A DNA stretch of 64,000 bases from Thermoflexus hugenholtzii JAD2 (GCA_945907765.1 CAMDTO010000002.1:3455-67454); one strand, 5' to 3'. Shown: positions 47,739 through 57,464, counted from the first letter of the stretch. Notes: generated by a model from the sequence alone, not told the origin. Numbers and translations: made by a program.

Positions 47739-47963
47739 TCGCGCACGGCGCCCAGCCGAATCCGGGACGACGTCGCGGGCAAAGGGAACCATTCGTGCTT
47801 CGGCAGTCGTGTTCCCATTGACCCAACCGAACGGCAAGGCTAAGGGTGCCGTGGCATCAAAGCGAAGCGGATACACATCAGGTGGGGTGGGGCTGAGTAA
47901 TCGGAAACCAGAAGACGGGGCTGTGAAGCGTCACCGCCGCACCCCAAGGAGAGGTACAGCACA

Positions 47964-49250
47964 ATGACCACACAGACCCCTTCACCCCTGCCGGGAAGCC
48001 TTGCCGACGTTGATCCTGAGGTCCTGGCGATGATTGACGGCGAGACACGCCGCCTCCGCGAGACCATCCAGCTGATCCCGTCGGAAAACTACCCCAGTCA
48101 AGCGGTCATGGAAGCAACGGGTTCGGTCTTTACCACCAAATATGCCGAGGGGTACCCGAAGCGACGCTATTACCAAGGGTGTCAGTGGGTCGATGCCGTC
48201 GAAGACTTGGCACGCAAGCGAGCGTGCACCCTTTTTGGCGCCGACCATGCCAATGTCCAGCCCCACTCCGGCAGTTCGGCGAACATGGGCGTCTATCTCG
48301 CTTCGCTCAACTACGGCGACACCGTCATGGGACTTGACCTGATCGCAGGCGGTCACCTGACGCACGGTTCCCCCGTAAACTTCAGTGCCAAGCTATACAA
48401 GTTCGTCGCCTACGGGGTCGATCCGAAGACCGAACTCATCGACTTCGACCAGGTGCGTGATGTTGCCCGTGCCAACCGTCCAAAGATGATCGTCGTCGGT
48501 GCGACCGCATATCCGCGGATCTTCGACTGGGCAACCTTCAAGGAAATCGCCGACGAAGTCGGTGCGCTGCTCCTCGCGGACATCGCCCATATCTCGGGCC
48601 TGATTGCCGGCGGGGCCCACCCATCCCCGGTGCCATTCGCTGACTTCTGTTCCACCAGCACGCACAAGGCCCTGCGTGGTCCTCGAGGTGGAATGATCCT
48701 GTGCAAGTCCGAATGGGCCGAACGAATCGACAAGGCAATCATGCCCGGACTTCAGGGCGGACCCTTGGAACACGTCATCGCGGCAAAGGCGGTGATGCTT
48801 CACGAAGCCCTGCAGCCCGCCTTCCGCGACTACGCGCATGCCGTCGTTTTCAACGCAAAGGCGCTCGCACAGTCGCTACTTGATGAGGGTCTGACCCTTG
48901 TCACTGGAGGCACAGAGAACCACCTGCTCATTGTTCGCCTCGGTGATACCGGACCGACCGGTAAGGAAATTGCACGCGCCCTCGAGCGCGCCGGCCTCAT
49001 CGCAAACGCGAACACGGTGCCCGGGGAGACCCGTGGGGCCTTCCAGACCAGCGGCGTACGTTTCGGGACACCGGCAGCGACCACCTTCGGTTTCGGCGCC
49101 GACCAGTTCCGCACAATCGGGAAACTGATCGCGCGCGTCATCAAGGATCCCGCAGACACCACCATGCTGAAGTCGACCGCCAACGAAGTCCGCGACCTGT
49201 GCCATGCGGTCGAGACCCGTCGGCTTGACCTCTCCCACTCGGCGGCCTAG
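47964..49250 (+). CDS. glyA: Serine hydroxymethyltransferase
   Basis: IQLIPSENY, GYPKRRYYQGC, and the PLP site STSTHKALRGPRGG. Confidence 0.95.
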   Translation: MTTQTPSPLPGSLADVDPEVLAMIDGETRRLRETIQLIPSENYPSQAVMEATGSVFTTKYAEGYPKRRYYQGCQWVDAVEDLARKRACTLFGADHANVQPHSGSSANMGVYLASLNYGDTVMGLDLIAGGHLTHGSPVNFSAKLYKFVAYGVDPKTELIDFDQVRDVARANRPKMIVVGATAYPRIFDWATFKEIADEVGALLLADIAHISGLIAGGAHPSPVPFADFCSTSTHKALRGPRGGMILCKSEWAERIDKAIMPGLQGGPLEHVIAAKAVMLHEALQPAFRDYAHAVVFNAKALAQSLLDEGLTLVTGGTENHLLIVRLGDTGPTGKEIARALERAGLIANANTVPGETRGAFQTSGVRFGTPAATTFGFGADQFRTIGKLIARVIKDPADTTMLKSTANEVRDLCHAVETRRLDLSHSAA

Positions 49251-49298
49251 GTCCGTCAGTCCGTCAGTCCGTCAGTCCGTCAGTCCGTCAGTCCGGCA
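49251..49298. repeat. 8-bp tandem repeat array (GTCCGTCA x5 perfect, plus 1 degenerate GTCCGGCA)
   Basis: Read directly from the sequence. The array starts at the base after the glyA stop codon. Confidence 0.95.
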
Positions 49299-49319
49299 CA
49301 CCGTCCCAAAACCGTCCGT

Positions 49320-49348
49320 CGCCCCGGGTTCTCAAGAGCCTGGGGGCG
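49320..49348 (+). other. GC-rich hairpin downstream of glyA and upstream of the GNAT-fusion gene
   Basis: CGCCCC-G-GGTTC-tcaa-GAGCC-T-GGGGGCG, about 11 bp with a bulge. No U-tract follows. Confidence 0.4.
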
Positions 49349-49361
49349 ATGCAGGTACGAG

Positions 49362-52300
49362 TTGGTCGGGCATCCGTGTCCTGTACGTTGCGTCGACCGG
49401 GTGCCGAGCGCGTCCCGGCGATTCGGTGGGAATGTGACCTACACTACCGATGTGGTTTCACTATTGGGCATGAAAGCCAGCGGATCGCTCCCACGCCGTC
49501 GTGAGGCGATGGATGACGATGCGACCGTTACCCAATCAGTCACGACCATTACCGAATACACTGAAGAAGCTGCACCCGCTGTCGCCACCCTCTGGCGCGA
49601 GAGTGCGGTTGAGTGGCCCGGTGGAGGTCCATTCGGGGGGCGGCACGCCACAACTGAAGGCGTGCGACACGAATTGCGTGGCAATCGACCGCTAACCACC
49701 TTTATCGCTTGGAGACCTGACCGGGTCTCAGGGGAACCTCGTGCCGTCGGGTTTCTGTCGCTCATTGCCCAGCCAGAGGATCCGACCGCGACCTACGTTG
49801 GTCTCCTGACGGCCCATCCCGAATGGCACGGGTTCGGTGTCGGGCGTGAACTCCTCACCGCGGCACTTGATAGAACCGTGTCACTCGGGTTCGACCGCAT
49901 CGACTTGCACACCTGGTCGGGCAACCTCAAGGCGATGCCCCTCTACAAGAAGACCGGGTTCTTCTGGGTGCCAGACACGTCCGTGCGCATGGCGAACTTC
50001 CTGCCATTGCTGCTGAAGATCGGTCCGGTACGCGACTACTTCGATCAGACCGGAGCGGATTGGTACCGCGACGCGGTCCGTGAACTCGACGTCACGCCTG
50101 ATCGGGAGAAGTTTGGCAGCGCCGAGGTCTACACCTACGAATGGGTCCGTGAAGGCCACACCCTTCGCACCCGCATCGACCGTCACGCGAATGCCCTGCT
50201 CACGCTTGAGACACCGAATCTATCGATTGATGTGAGCCTTGACGATACGAGGCTGCCAATCGGCACCACACGTCACTTGGGCGTACACATTTCAGTGCCA
50301 ATCGGCGCGATGGACGTCTCCGCAACGATCGTTGCCACCGGCGAAGGCGCCGTCCGGGCAAGCCACCAAGCCAATCGCACCATAACCGCCGGCGACAACG
50401 GCTCCTGGACATGGCCGGTCAGTGGCACAATCGGCAGCCAGTCGAAACCTCGGCCCGGCACCACATCTCCCGACGTGATGCGCGTCCTTGCGATAGTCAA
50501 CGAGACGCCAATCAACTTCGCAGCTGCGGTTCGGGTAGTGCCTCCAGTGAGCCTAAGCGTCGAGGATGTCAACCCGCTCACCCCGGGCACCTCTCGCACC
50601 ATCTGGGTGACCGCACAAAATGAACTCGACATTCCTGTGGAGGCAACGACCCGGGTAACTGTCTCCGGGCCGTTCGCCGTGGATGTCGCCACTCGAACCA
50701 CGACGATCATCGCCCGAGGGCGCTATTCATTCCCCGTAAGCCTCACCGCGAACGGCAGCGGCGATGGATCGTTGCAACTGGTCGGCGAAGTCGCCGGAGC
50801 GGAGCAAGGCACGCCGACCAGCAATGCGGATGCTGGGGTTACCACGTCTTCAGCCGAGTTCGCCCCTCCGGTCTTCATCCCGTTGCATGCGGGTCCGACC
50901 GGATCACGCTTTGTTGAACAGACCGAGGCACACGTCCGTGTCATCACAGATGACCTGATCGTCACGGCACCGCTCCCAAGCTCCGGTTGGCAGCCATCGT
51001 TCACCGTCGTCGACCGACATACCGGAAACGAACTATTACGTCATTCCTGCGGCCTTGGTCCGCCATTCGCCCCATCGGCAATCAGCAATTGTTCATGGAC
51101 ACCCCACATCACGCGGGATGAAACCGGCCTGACCGTCGCACTTCGCTCGCAACCCGAACGCATCGCCGGCGTGACCTTCGAGCGCCTAATCCGGCTCGCG
51201 GGCAGTTCGATGCTTGAAGTCCAGTACCGCCTTGTCAATGGTTCATCGTCGGAGTGCACGCTTGAAGTCAGTGCGGGAACCTCTGCCGAACTGGATGGCG
51301 TCCGGCAGTCTCAGATTGCGTGTGTTGTCGACGGCACGGTCATTGTCGATGAGAGTGACCGCTTCCCGGACTGGGACGACCCGTCAGGTGGAGCGTCACA
51401 TCTTTCCGAACCCTGGATTGCCGAGTTTGGCGATGGAATGGTCGTCGGCGTGATCTGGTCCGATGCACGCGACGTGACCAGTGACAACCGTTTGGCCGAA
51501 CTCATCCTGCCATTCGGGACGGTCGCGCCCGGAGGCTCTGCCACGACCGCACCAATCGGCCTCTATGCCGGGGCCGGGGACTGGCATACCGTCCGCTCCC
51601 GATGGCGCTCACTGTTCTCGAGCCAGTCATCCTCTGCGGACCAAGTTGGCACAAAAAACCACACGTCATCGGCCGCACATCCGTCAATTGAGATTACTCT
51701 CGACCGCGCCTTCGTCGCCGGCAACCACGTCTCCTCCAACGTGACCGTCAGCCACGTAAACGACGACCCGATGACTGGGTACCTCATCCTCGATACACCA
51801 ACTGGCACGGCCGATATTGGCGAGGTCACCACACGAGGTTCCGGAAACCCGGTCATCGTGCCCGTGACACTCGCCTTGCCAGACTGGGGCGCCACTGGTT
51901 GCTCGGCATTCCCGGTATCCGTGAACCTCGCGACCACCGAGACGACCTACCGTTTCCCGGTTCCGCTGGTTCGGGTTGGCGATGGCAGACCAGTTGAGGT
52001 AACCATCGGCGATATCGAGCAGCACGGTGGCGTGACACGCCAGACCGTCACACTCGACACAGGCCGGATGCGGGTTCGTGCCATCCCTACAGAACGTGGC
52101 CGTATCTATGCCTTGGAAACCCCGTCACATCCGTCTTACTTCAGGGCAGGGGACAGTGCCCGCCCGTCGATTGAGCAGGACTGGGTAAACCACCTGTTCA
52201 GCAGCGTTCCCGATCCGAAACCATGGGTATGGTTCAACCCTTGGTACGGCGGGGTGTCCGTGCACCTGAGAGACGGCGGATGGCACTCCGGTACAACGTG

Positions 52301-52898
52301 CCTTGACCACGCAATGTGGGAATGGCATCCCGTGGCATCCCGCCGGGGTGGTGTCTTGTGGAATGGATTCACGACGACCGCGACGGTTGATGCGTCAAAG
52401 GTTCCACCGGATCAAGCCCGCCTTGTTGGCCTGTCCGTTACCACAACCTATCTGGTTGCCGGTGGCGGGACGACGCTTGCCATCGAAACCACGGTCACCA
52501 ACGGGACCCAATCCCGCCTTCATTCCAACTTGACGCTTGGCACCTACCTGCAACCGGGCGGAAGTGTCAACGATGTTGTTGTGCACTACCTGCGCCACGG
52601 GGAGCGGAGCCGCGCACGTGCCCACGGGACCCTCTGGTCCACGACCGAAGGGTGGATTGCCGTTGCATCAGGAAATGCCGGACCAGCATTGACCATCGTC
52701 AGCAGTGATACCCGCGCGCGGATGATGTGCGGAGACATGGGTCTCCTCGGCGTACATCCATTCATTGCGTCCGACATCGATCTGGTACCGGGTGCCTCGC
52801 AAATGTCTACCACCTACATTGCCGTGGCACGCGACCTCGACGAAGCGCGCGCATACCGGCCCCTGGTTGGAACCGCGCTTCCTTTGGCGAATGCCTGA
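49362..52898 (+). CDS. Giant GNAT-family acetyltransferase fusion protein (GNAT domain plus about 950 aa of unassigned beta-rich sequence). Start uncertain (ATG at 49470 or 49509 likely)
   Basis: GNAT core FIAWRPD..AVGFLSLIAQ..VGLLTAHPEWHGFGVGRELLTAALDR...MPLYKKTGF (acetyl-CoA motif A). The rest has no motif I recognise. It is a single uninterrupted ORF. Confidence 0.8.
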   Translation: MVGHPCPVRCVDRVPSASRRFGGNVTYTTDVVSLLGMKASGSLPRRREAMDDDATVTQSVTTITEYTEEAAPAVATLWRESAVEWPGGGPFGGRHATTEGVRHELRGNRPLTTFIAWRPDRVSGEPRAVGFLSLIAQPEDPTATYVGLLTAHPEWHGFGVGRELLTAALDRTVSLGFDRIDLHTWSGNLKAMPLYKKTGFFWVPDTSVRMANFLPLLLKIGPVRDYFDQTGADWYRDAVRELDVTPDREKFGSAEVYTYEWVREGHTLRTRIDRHANALLTLETPNLSIDVSLDDTRLPIGTTRHLGVHISVPIGAMDVSATIVATGEGAVRASHQANRTITAGDNGSWTWPVSGTIGSQSKPRPGTTSPDVMRVLAIVNETPINFAAAVRVVPPVSLSVEDVNPLTPGTSRTIWVTAQNELDIPVEATTRVTVSGPFAVDVATRTTTIIARGRYSFPVSLTANGSGDGSLQLVGEVAGAEQGTPTSNADAGVTTSSAEFAPPVFIPLHAGPTGSRFVEQTEAHVRVITDDLIVTAPLPSSGWQPSFTVVDRHTGNELLRHSCGLGPPFAPSAISNCSWTPHITRDETGLTVALRSQPERIAGVTFERLIRLAGSSMLEVQYRLVNGSSSECTLEVSAGTSAELDGVRQSQIACVVDGTVIVDESDRFPDWDDPSGGASHLSEPWIAEFGDGMVVGVIWSDARDVTSDNRLAELILPFGTVAPGGSATTAPIGLYAGAGDWHTVRSRWRSLFSSQSSSADQVGTKNHTSSAAHPSIEITLDRAFVAGNHVSSNVTVSHVNDDPMTGYLILDTPTGTADIGEVTTRGSGNPVIVPVTLALPDWGATGCSAFPVSVNLATTETTYRFPVPLVRVGDGRPVEVTIGDIEQHGGVTRQTVTLDTGRMRVRAIPTERGRIYALETPSHPSYFRAGDSARPSIEQDWVNHLFSSVPDPKPWVWFNPWYGGVSVHLRDGGWHSGTTCLDHAMWEWHPVASRRGGVLWNGFTTTATVDASKVPPDQARLVGLSVTTTYLVAGGGTTLAIETTVTNGTQSRLHSNLTLGTYLQPGGSVNDVVVHYLRHGERSRARAHGTLWSTTEGWIAVASGNAGPALTIVSSDTRARMMCGDMGLLGVHPFIASDIDLVPGASQMSTTYIAVARDLDEARAYRPLVGTALPLANA

Positions 52899-52901
52899 AC
52901 G

Positions 52902-53909
52902 ATGCCCGAGACCACCGCGATCATCTACAGTCCACGCCACCGCGAACACCAACCGCGTATCGAAGTCCTGTATGGCCGCCACACGCCACACCCCGAGCGA
53001 CCCGAGCGGGTCGAGGCGATCAGATTGGCCATCGCGGGTTCTCGCTGGGAACACACGGTTCGAGGCCCGTCATCATTCCCGATCGTGATCGCGACATCGG
53101 TGCATGAACCCGCCTACGTGGCGTTCCTGCATGAACACGCTGACCTTGCCGCCGAGGAGGGTCTGGATGGCGAGTGGTTCCCTTACACGTGGCCTCGCGA
53201 CCGTGGGCTCGATCTGGGCACGCCCATCTCCAAACACACGGTTGATCTGGCGTGGCACTCCGCCGAATGTGCCCTGACCGCAGCAAAGGTCGTCCGCGAC
53301 GGCGCGCCGTGGTCGTTCTCCATCGGCCGTCCACCCGGTCACCACGCGTCCGTCGGGGCGCACGGAGGCTATTGCTACTTCAACCATGCTGCCCTAGTCG
53401 CCCAGTCGTTCCTTGATGCGCCCTCAATGACGGGACGCACGGCCGACCGCGTTGCGATCCTCGACCTCGATATCCACCACGGCAACGGCACCCAGGACAT
53501 CTTCTACGCCAGTGACCGGGTCTTCTACGCCAGCATTCATGGCGAACCGGACTGGGCATACCCGCCTCACTCAGGCTTTGCGGGCGAGACGGGAACGCGC
53601 GCCGGTAGCGGTGCAAACTACAACCAACCGTTGCCCATCGGGACCGGATGGCGCGAATATTCCCATGCACTTGACCGCGCGTTCGATCGCATGGCGCAGT
53701 TCGATCCGTCGCACCTGGTGGTCTCGCAGGGGTTCGATACCTTTTCCGGCGACCGTTGGGGAGGCTTCGAACTCCACGCACCCGACTACGCCCGCATTGG
53801 CGAACGCCTGCGCACCTTCGGCCGGCCAATCGTCATCATCCTTGAAGGGGGCTACGAACCGGCGAACATCGCCGCCGGCACTATGTCCCTTCTGGACGGC
53901 CTCGCCTGA
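52902..53909 (+). CDS. Histone-deacetylase-family (arginase-fold, Zn-dependent) deacetylase, AcuC/acetylpolyamine-amidohydrolase-like
   Basis: GRPPGHHA, YCYFNHAA, LDLDIHHGNGTQDIFY, ILEGGYE. The ATG lies 3 nt after the upstream stop. Confidence 0.9.
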   Translation: MPETTAIIYSPRHREHQPRIEVLYGRHTPHPERPERVEAIRLAIAGSRWEHTVRGPSSFPIVIATSVHEPAYVAFLHEHADLAAEEGLDGEWFPYTWPRDRGLDLGTPISKHTVDLAWHSAECALTAAKVVRDGAPWSFSIGRPPGHHASVGAHGGYCYFNHAALVAQSFLDAPSMTGRTADRVAILDLDIHHGNGTQDIFYASDRVFYASIHGEPDWAYPPHSGFAGETGTRAGSGANYNQPLPIGTGWREYSHALDRAFDRMAQFDPSHLVVSQGFDTFSGDRWGGFELHAPDYARIGERLRTFGRPIVIILEGGYEPANIAAGTMSLLDGLA

Positions 53910-54005
53910 CCCCCCACCGGCAATCCCTGAGCAAATCGTCTTGAAGTCCGGGGCGATGGGGGCGGGGTTCCATGGTGAACATCACGCTGGTCCACCTTGG
54001 TAACG

Positions 54006-55064
54006 CTACGCCGCTACCGTTACCAAGCCCAGTGCGCGTTCAGCTGCCTTGAGGACCACAGGGATCTGTGCAGCCTCGAACTGGTAATGCGTCACCATTC
54101 TGAGGGTGTCCCCATACGGGCTGCCCACCTTCACTCCCTGTGACGCGAGACCGGCCACAAAATCCTCTGAAGAGGCCGTGGGGCTATCCACCGTCACCAT
54201 AATGATGTTGGTCTGCACGCGATCGACATCCACACGCAGTCCGGGCACGTTTGCCAAGCCACTGGCAAGCGCCTTCGCGTTGGCGTGATCGATAGCCATC
54301 CGGTCGATCATCTCGTCAAGCGCGACCACACCAGCCGCCGCGAAGATGCCACTCTGGCGCAGGCCACCACCAACCATCTTGCGCCACCGACGTGCCTCGG
54401 CAATGAAATCTGCATCGCCGGCCAGGATACTTCCCATCGGGCATCCAAGACCCTTGGACATGCAGAACGTCACTGAGTCAATCTCGCGGACCAGCCGTGC
54501 CGGGGTGACGCCCTGTGAGACCGCTGCGTTGAAGATCCGCGCACCATCAACGTGGACCCGCAAACCATGAACGTGAGCGGCGCCGCACATTGCATCGGTA
54601 TCGGCGACCGAGACCGACGCGCCACCTTCTCGATTGACGGTGTTCTCTAGGCAAAGGAGGCTTGAACGCGCGAAGTGGAGATTGTGAGGGTCGCGTATCG
54701 AATGGGCAATATCCTCAATATCGAACACCCCTCGGTTCCACGCCAAGGCACGCATCTGTACCCCACCGAGGACACTCACACCACCGGCCTCATAGTTCAG
54801 GAGATGCGAGTTGGGCCCCGCCAGTACCTCGTCACCGCGCCTCGTCTGGGCCAGGACACCAACAAGGTTCCCCATCGTCCCCGACAGCAGCAGCAGAGCA
54901 GCCTCCTTGCCCAAGATGGCAGCCGCCTTCTCCTCGAGGAGGTTCACTGTCGGATCCTCGCCGAACACATCATCTCCAACCTCTGCCGAAGCCATCGCCT
55001 CCCGCATCGACGCTGTCGGGTGCGTCACCGTGTCGCTTCGAAGATCAATCCCTGCGCTTGTCAT
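54006..55064 (-). CDS. ltaE: Low-specificity L-threonine aldolase
   Basis: DLRSDTVTHPT..MREAM..AEVGDDVFGEDPTVN, and FCMSKGLGCPMGS with the PLP lysine. Confidence 0.85.
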   Translation of the reverse strand: MTSAGIDLRSDTVTHPTASMREAMASAEVGDDVFGEDPTVNLLEEKAAAILGKEAALLLLSGTMGNLVGVLAQTRRGDEVLAGPNSHLLNYEAGGVSVLGGVQMRALAWNRGVFDIEDIAHSIRDPHNLHFARSSLLCLENTVNREGGASVSVADTDAMCGAAHVHGLRVHVDGARIFNAAVSQGVTPARLVREIDSVTFCMSKGLGCPMGSILAGDADFIAEARRWRKMVGGGLRQSGIFAAAGVVALDEMIDRMAIDHANAKALASGLANVPGLRVDVDRVQTNIIMVTVDSPTASSEDFVAGLASQGVKVGSPYGDTLRMVTHYQFEAAQIPVVLKAAERALGLVTVAA

Positions 55065-55076
55065 ATTGAATGCAAC

Positions 55077-55718
55077 CTACCCTTGAGATGTTGTTGGAAC
55101 ACGATCGCCAAGTTTCGCTTCACGGCCGGCGCGGATCCGCCCGATGTTGTCACGGTGAGTCGCGATCACGAAGAATCCGGCAACAAGACCGAACGCCAGA
55201 TACGGTAGCGGGTAATCCGGGTTCTCGAAAAGCCTCAAGGCGAACATCGTCGGCACATCAATCGCCGAAACAAGGCTCGCCAGAGACACGTACTTGCTCC
55301 ACCACGCGACCGTGATGAAGATCGTCAGAGCGACCACGAACACTTCCGGATCCATGACCAGGATGGAGAACGCGGCCACGAGGACCCCCCGCCCACCGCG
55401 GAATCGCGCGAAGACTGGCCACGTATGCCCAACCACTGCACTCAGCGCAGCCACGACATGAACCCACGCGTCATCCGGAAGGATGTACCGCGCGAGACCG
55501 ACCGAGATGATTGCCTTGGAAGCATCAAGGGCGATGACCGAAAAAGCCGCCGCCTTGCCAAACACGCGCAGGACGTTCGTTGCCCCGGTCTTGCGGCTAC
55601 CGAAATCCCGGACATCCTTGCCATGGATGATGAGCCCGTACCAGAGGCCGGATGGCACCGACCCGCACAGGTACGCAACAACGGTCAATCCGATCGCCGT
55701 TATGAGTACGTACGTCAT
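55077..55718 (-). CDS. plsY: Glycerol-3-phosphate acyltransferase PlsY
   Basis: GSVPSGLWYG, GSRKTGATNVLR, HTWPVFARFRGGRGV. Confidence 0.95.
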   Translation of the reverse strand: MTYVLITAIGLTVVAYLCGSVPSGLWYGLIIHGKDVRDFGSRKTGATNVLRVFGKAAAFSVIALDASKAIISVGLARYILPDDAWVHVVAALSAVVGHTWPVFARFRGGRGVLVAAFSILVMDPEVFVVALTIFITVAWWSKYVSLASLVSAIDVPTMFALRLFENPDYPLPYLAFGLVAGFFVIATHRDNIGRIRAGREAKLGDRVPTTSQG

Positions 55719-55877
55719 CAGTCACCCCGTCATGGAACGCGCACGGAAGCACGTAATCGCCATTCGGTCCACGTCGGCGCCACAGTACCGCATGGCACCA
55801 CTGCCCGCCACGTCGGTCTCATTCTCCCCACCCCGCCGCAACGGGAGACGGTTGGGGGTTCGCCTGTCGAATCCCCT

Positions 55878-57362
55878 TCAGCGACGCGGACGTGACCGAG
55901 GCTTTGGCGTGTCCTTCTCCGGATTCCGTGGCCGGAACCGCAAACGGATCGGCGTTCCCCGGAACGGATACGTCTCCCGCAACGTGTTTTCCAGATACCG
56001 CTGATAGGTGAAATGCACCGCTGCCGGATCGTTTACGAAGAAGACGAATGTCGGCGGGATCACCTCGGCCTGGGTCACGAAACTGAACCGGGCCAATTTG
56101 CCTCGGAAACCGCGGGGCGGGTTGTTCTCGATCGCACGGGATAGGAACTCATTCAGCTTGCTTGTGGAGATCCGTTCCTGACGAACGGCATGCACAAGCT
56201 TCGCCTCATCAAGGACCTTGCGCGCGCGTTGGCCTGTCAGCGCCGAAATAAAGACAACCGGAGCCCACCGCATGAAGTTCAGGTCGCGGCCCAGTTCCTC
56301 CAGATAGCGCGCCGCGGTATACGTGTCCTTCTCGGGGACCGCATCCCACTTGTTCACCACCACCACCACGCCACGACCCTGCGCCTCAATCTCGCCGGCA
56401 ATATGGACATCCTGCGCGGTCACGCCTTCAATGGCATCGATCATGATGATCGACACATCAGACCTGCCAATCGCACGAAACGACCGCAGGACACTGTATT
56501 TCTCAATCCCGGGCTCCACCCGTCCCCGGCGGCGGATTCCTGCCGTGTCGATCAACACCATCTCTTGGTCGTCATGCATGACCACGCTATCGATCGCATC
56601 CCGGGTTGTGCCGGGAATGTCGCTGACAACTGCCCGCTGTTCGCCAAGCAAGCGATTGAGCAGACTCGACTTGCCAACGTTTGGCCGACCGACAATCGCG
56701 ATCTTCAGGCGGGTGTCCTCGACAACCTCATCGCGTGGCGTCGGAGGAAGGCGTTCGATGATCGCGTCCAGCAGGTCGCCAACGTTCGCCGCGTGGTACG
56801 CCGATACCGGGATCACTTCATCAAAGCCAAGCACCCAGAATTCGGCAGAGGACGTACGCCGCCCATCGTTGTCAGCCTTGCCGGGGACGACAACAACTGG
56901 CCGTGCCTCGCGGTCGGCCTTGAGCCCGGCGCGTCCGAGACCGCTTCGCAACATCTGGCCAATCTCATGGTCGGCAGCCGTCACACCGTCGACCGAGTCG
57001 GTTGCGAACAGGATGACGTCAGCCTCCTCGATGGCCACCCGCACCTGGGCGGCGACACCGGTGAGGATCGCGTCGGTTGGGCGCAACTCAAGTCCACCAG
57101 TGTCGATCAGGGTGAAGACACGGCCACCCCACTCGACTTCACCATAAAGGCGGTCCCGGGTTGTCCCCGGCAGGTCTTCCACAATCGCCCGACGCTGTCC
57201 CGTCAATCGGTTGAAGAGCGTGGATTTCCCCACATTCGGTCGCCCGACAATCGCGACCACTGGCCTGGGGTGTGCCCCGGGAGGCAGGGCCAGGCTCCCG
57301 AGTTCCATGCCCTCGGCTGACATGCCAGCCGCCACTGCTTCAGGGGTCATGGACACGTCCAT
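55878..57362 (-). CDS. der: Ribosome-associated GTPase Der/EngA (two G domains plus KH-like domain, basic tail)
   Basis: GRPNVGKSTLFN and GRPNVGKSSLLN P-loops, DTGG/DTAG, NKWD. Confidence 0.95.
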   Translation of the reverse strand: MDVSMTPEAVAAGMSAEGMELGSLALPPGAHPRPVVAIVGRPNVGKSTLFNRLTGQRRAIVEDLPGTTRDRLYGEVEWGGRVFTLIDTGGLELRPTDAILTGVAAQVRVAIEEADVILFATDSVDGVTAADHEIGQMLRSGLGRAGLKADREARPVVVVPGKADNDGRRTSSAEFWVLGFDEVIPVSAYHAANVGDLLDAIIERLPPTPRDEVVEDTRLKIAIVGRPNVGKSSLLNRLLGEQRAVVSDIPGTTRDAIDSVVMHDDQEMVLIDTAGIRRRGRVEPGIEKYSVLRSFRAIGRSDVSIIMIDAIEGVTAQDVHIAGEIEAQGRGVVVVVNKWDAVPEKDTYTAARYLEELGRDLNFMRWAPVVFISALTGQRARKVLDEAKLVHAVRQERISTSKLNEFLSRAIENNPPRGFRGKLARFSFVTQAEVIPPTFVFFVNDPAAVHFTYQRYLENTLRETYPFRGTPIRLRFRPRNPEKDTPKPRSRPRR

Positions 57363-57464
57363 GCGATGGTCTCCATTCCGTCGACCAGGACCAGCCGTGT
57401 TCCGGCCGGTCGTCGATCACGTGGGGAACACACCAGGACGTTTCGTCATGGCGGTTCCGGCCAG

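Noticed and set aside
47739-47963. Possible ZTP (pfl) or THF riboswitch upstream of glyA, a classic context for both.
   Set aside because: I found only a loose CACCGCCGCACCCC segment. The ZTP 3' element CCGCCUGGGC and the 5' GGGUCGUGAC-type element are absent, and I see no terminator or clear SD-sequestering helix. The region has a GGGAAC...GTTCCC hairpin and a GGGGCTG direct repeat, but nothing diagnostic. A cmsearch would settle it.
49251-49298. CRISPR array.
   Set aside because: The units are 8 bp and directly abutting with no spacers, and there are no cas genes. This is a tandem microsatellite, not a CRISPR array.
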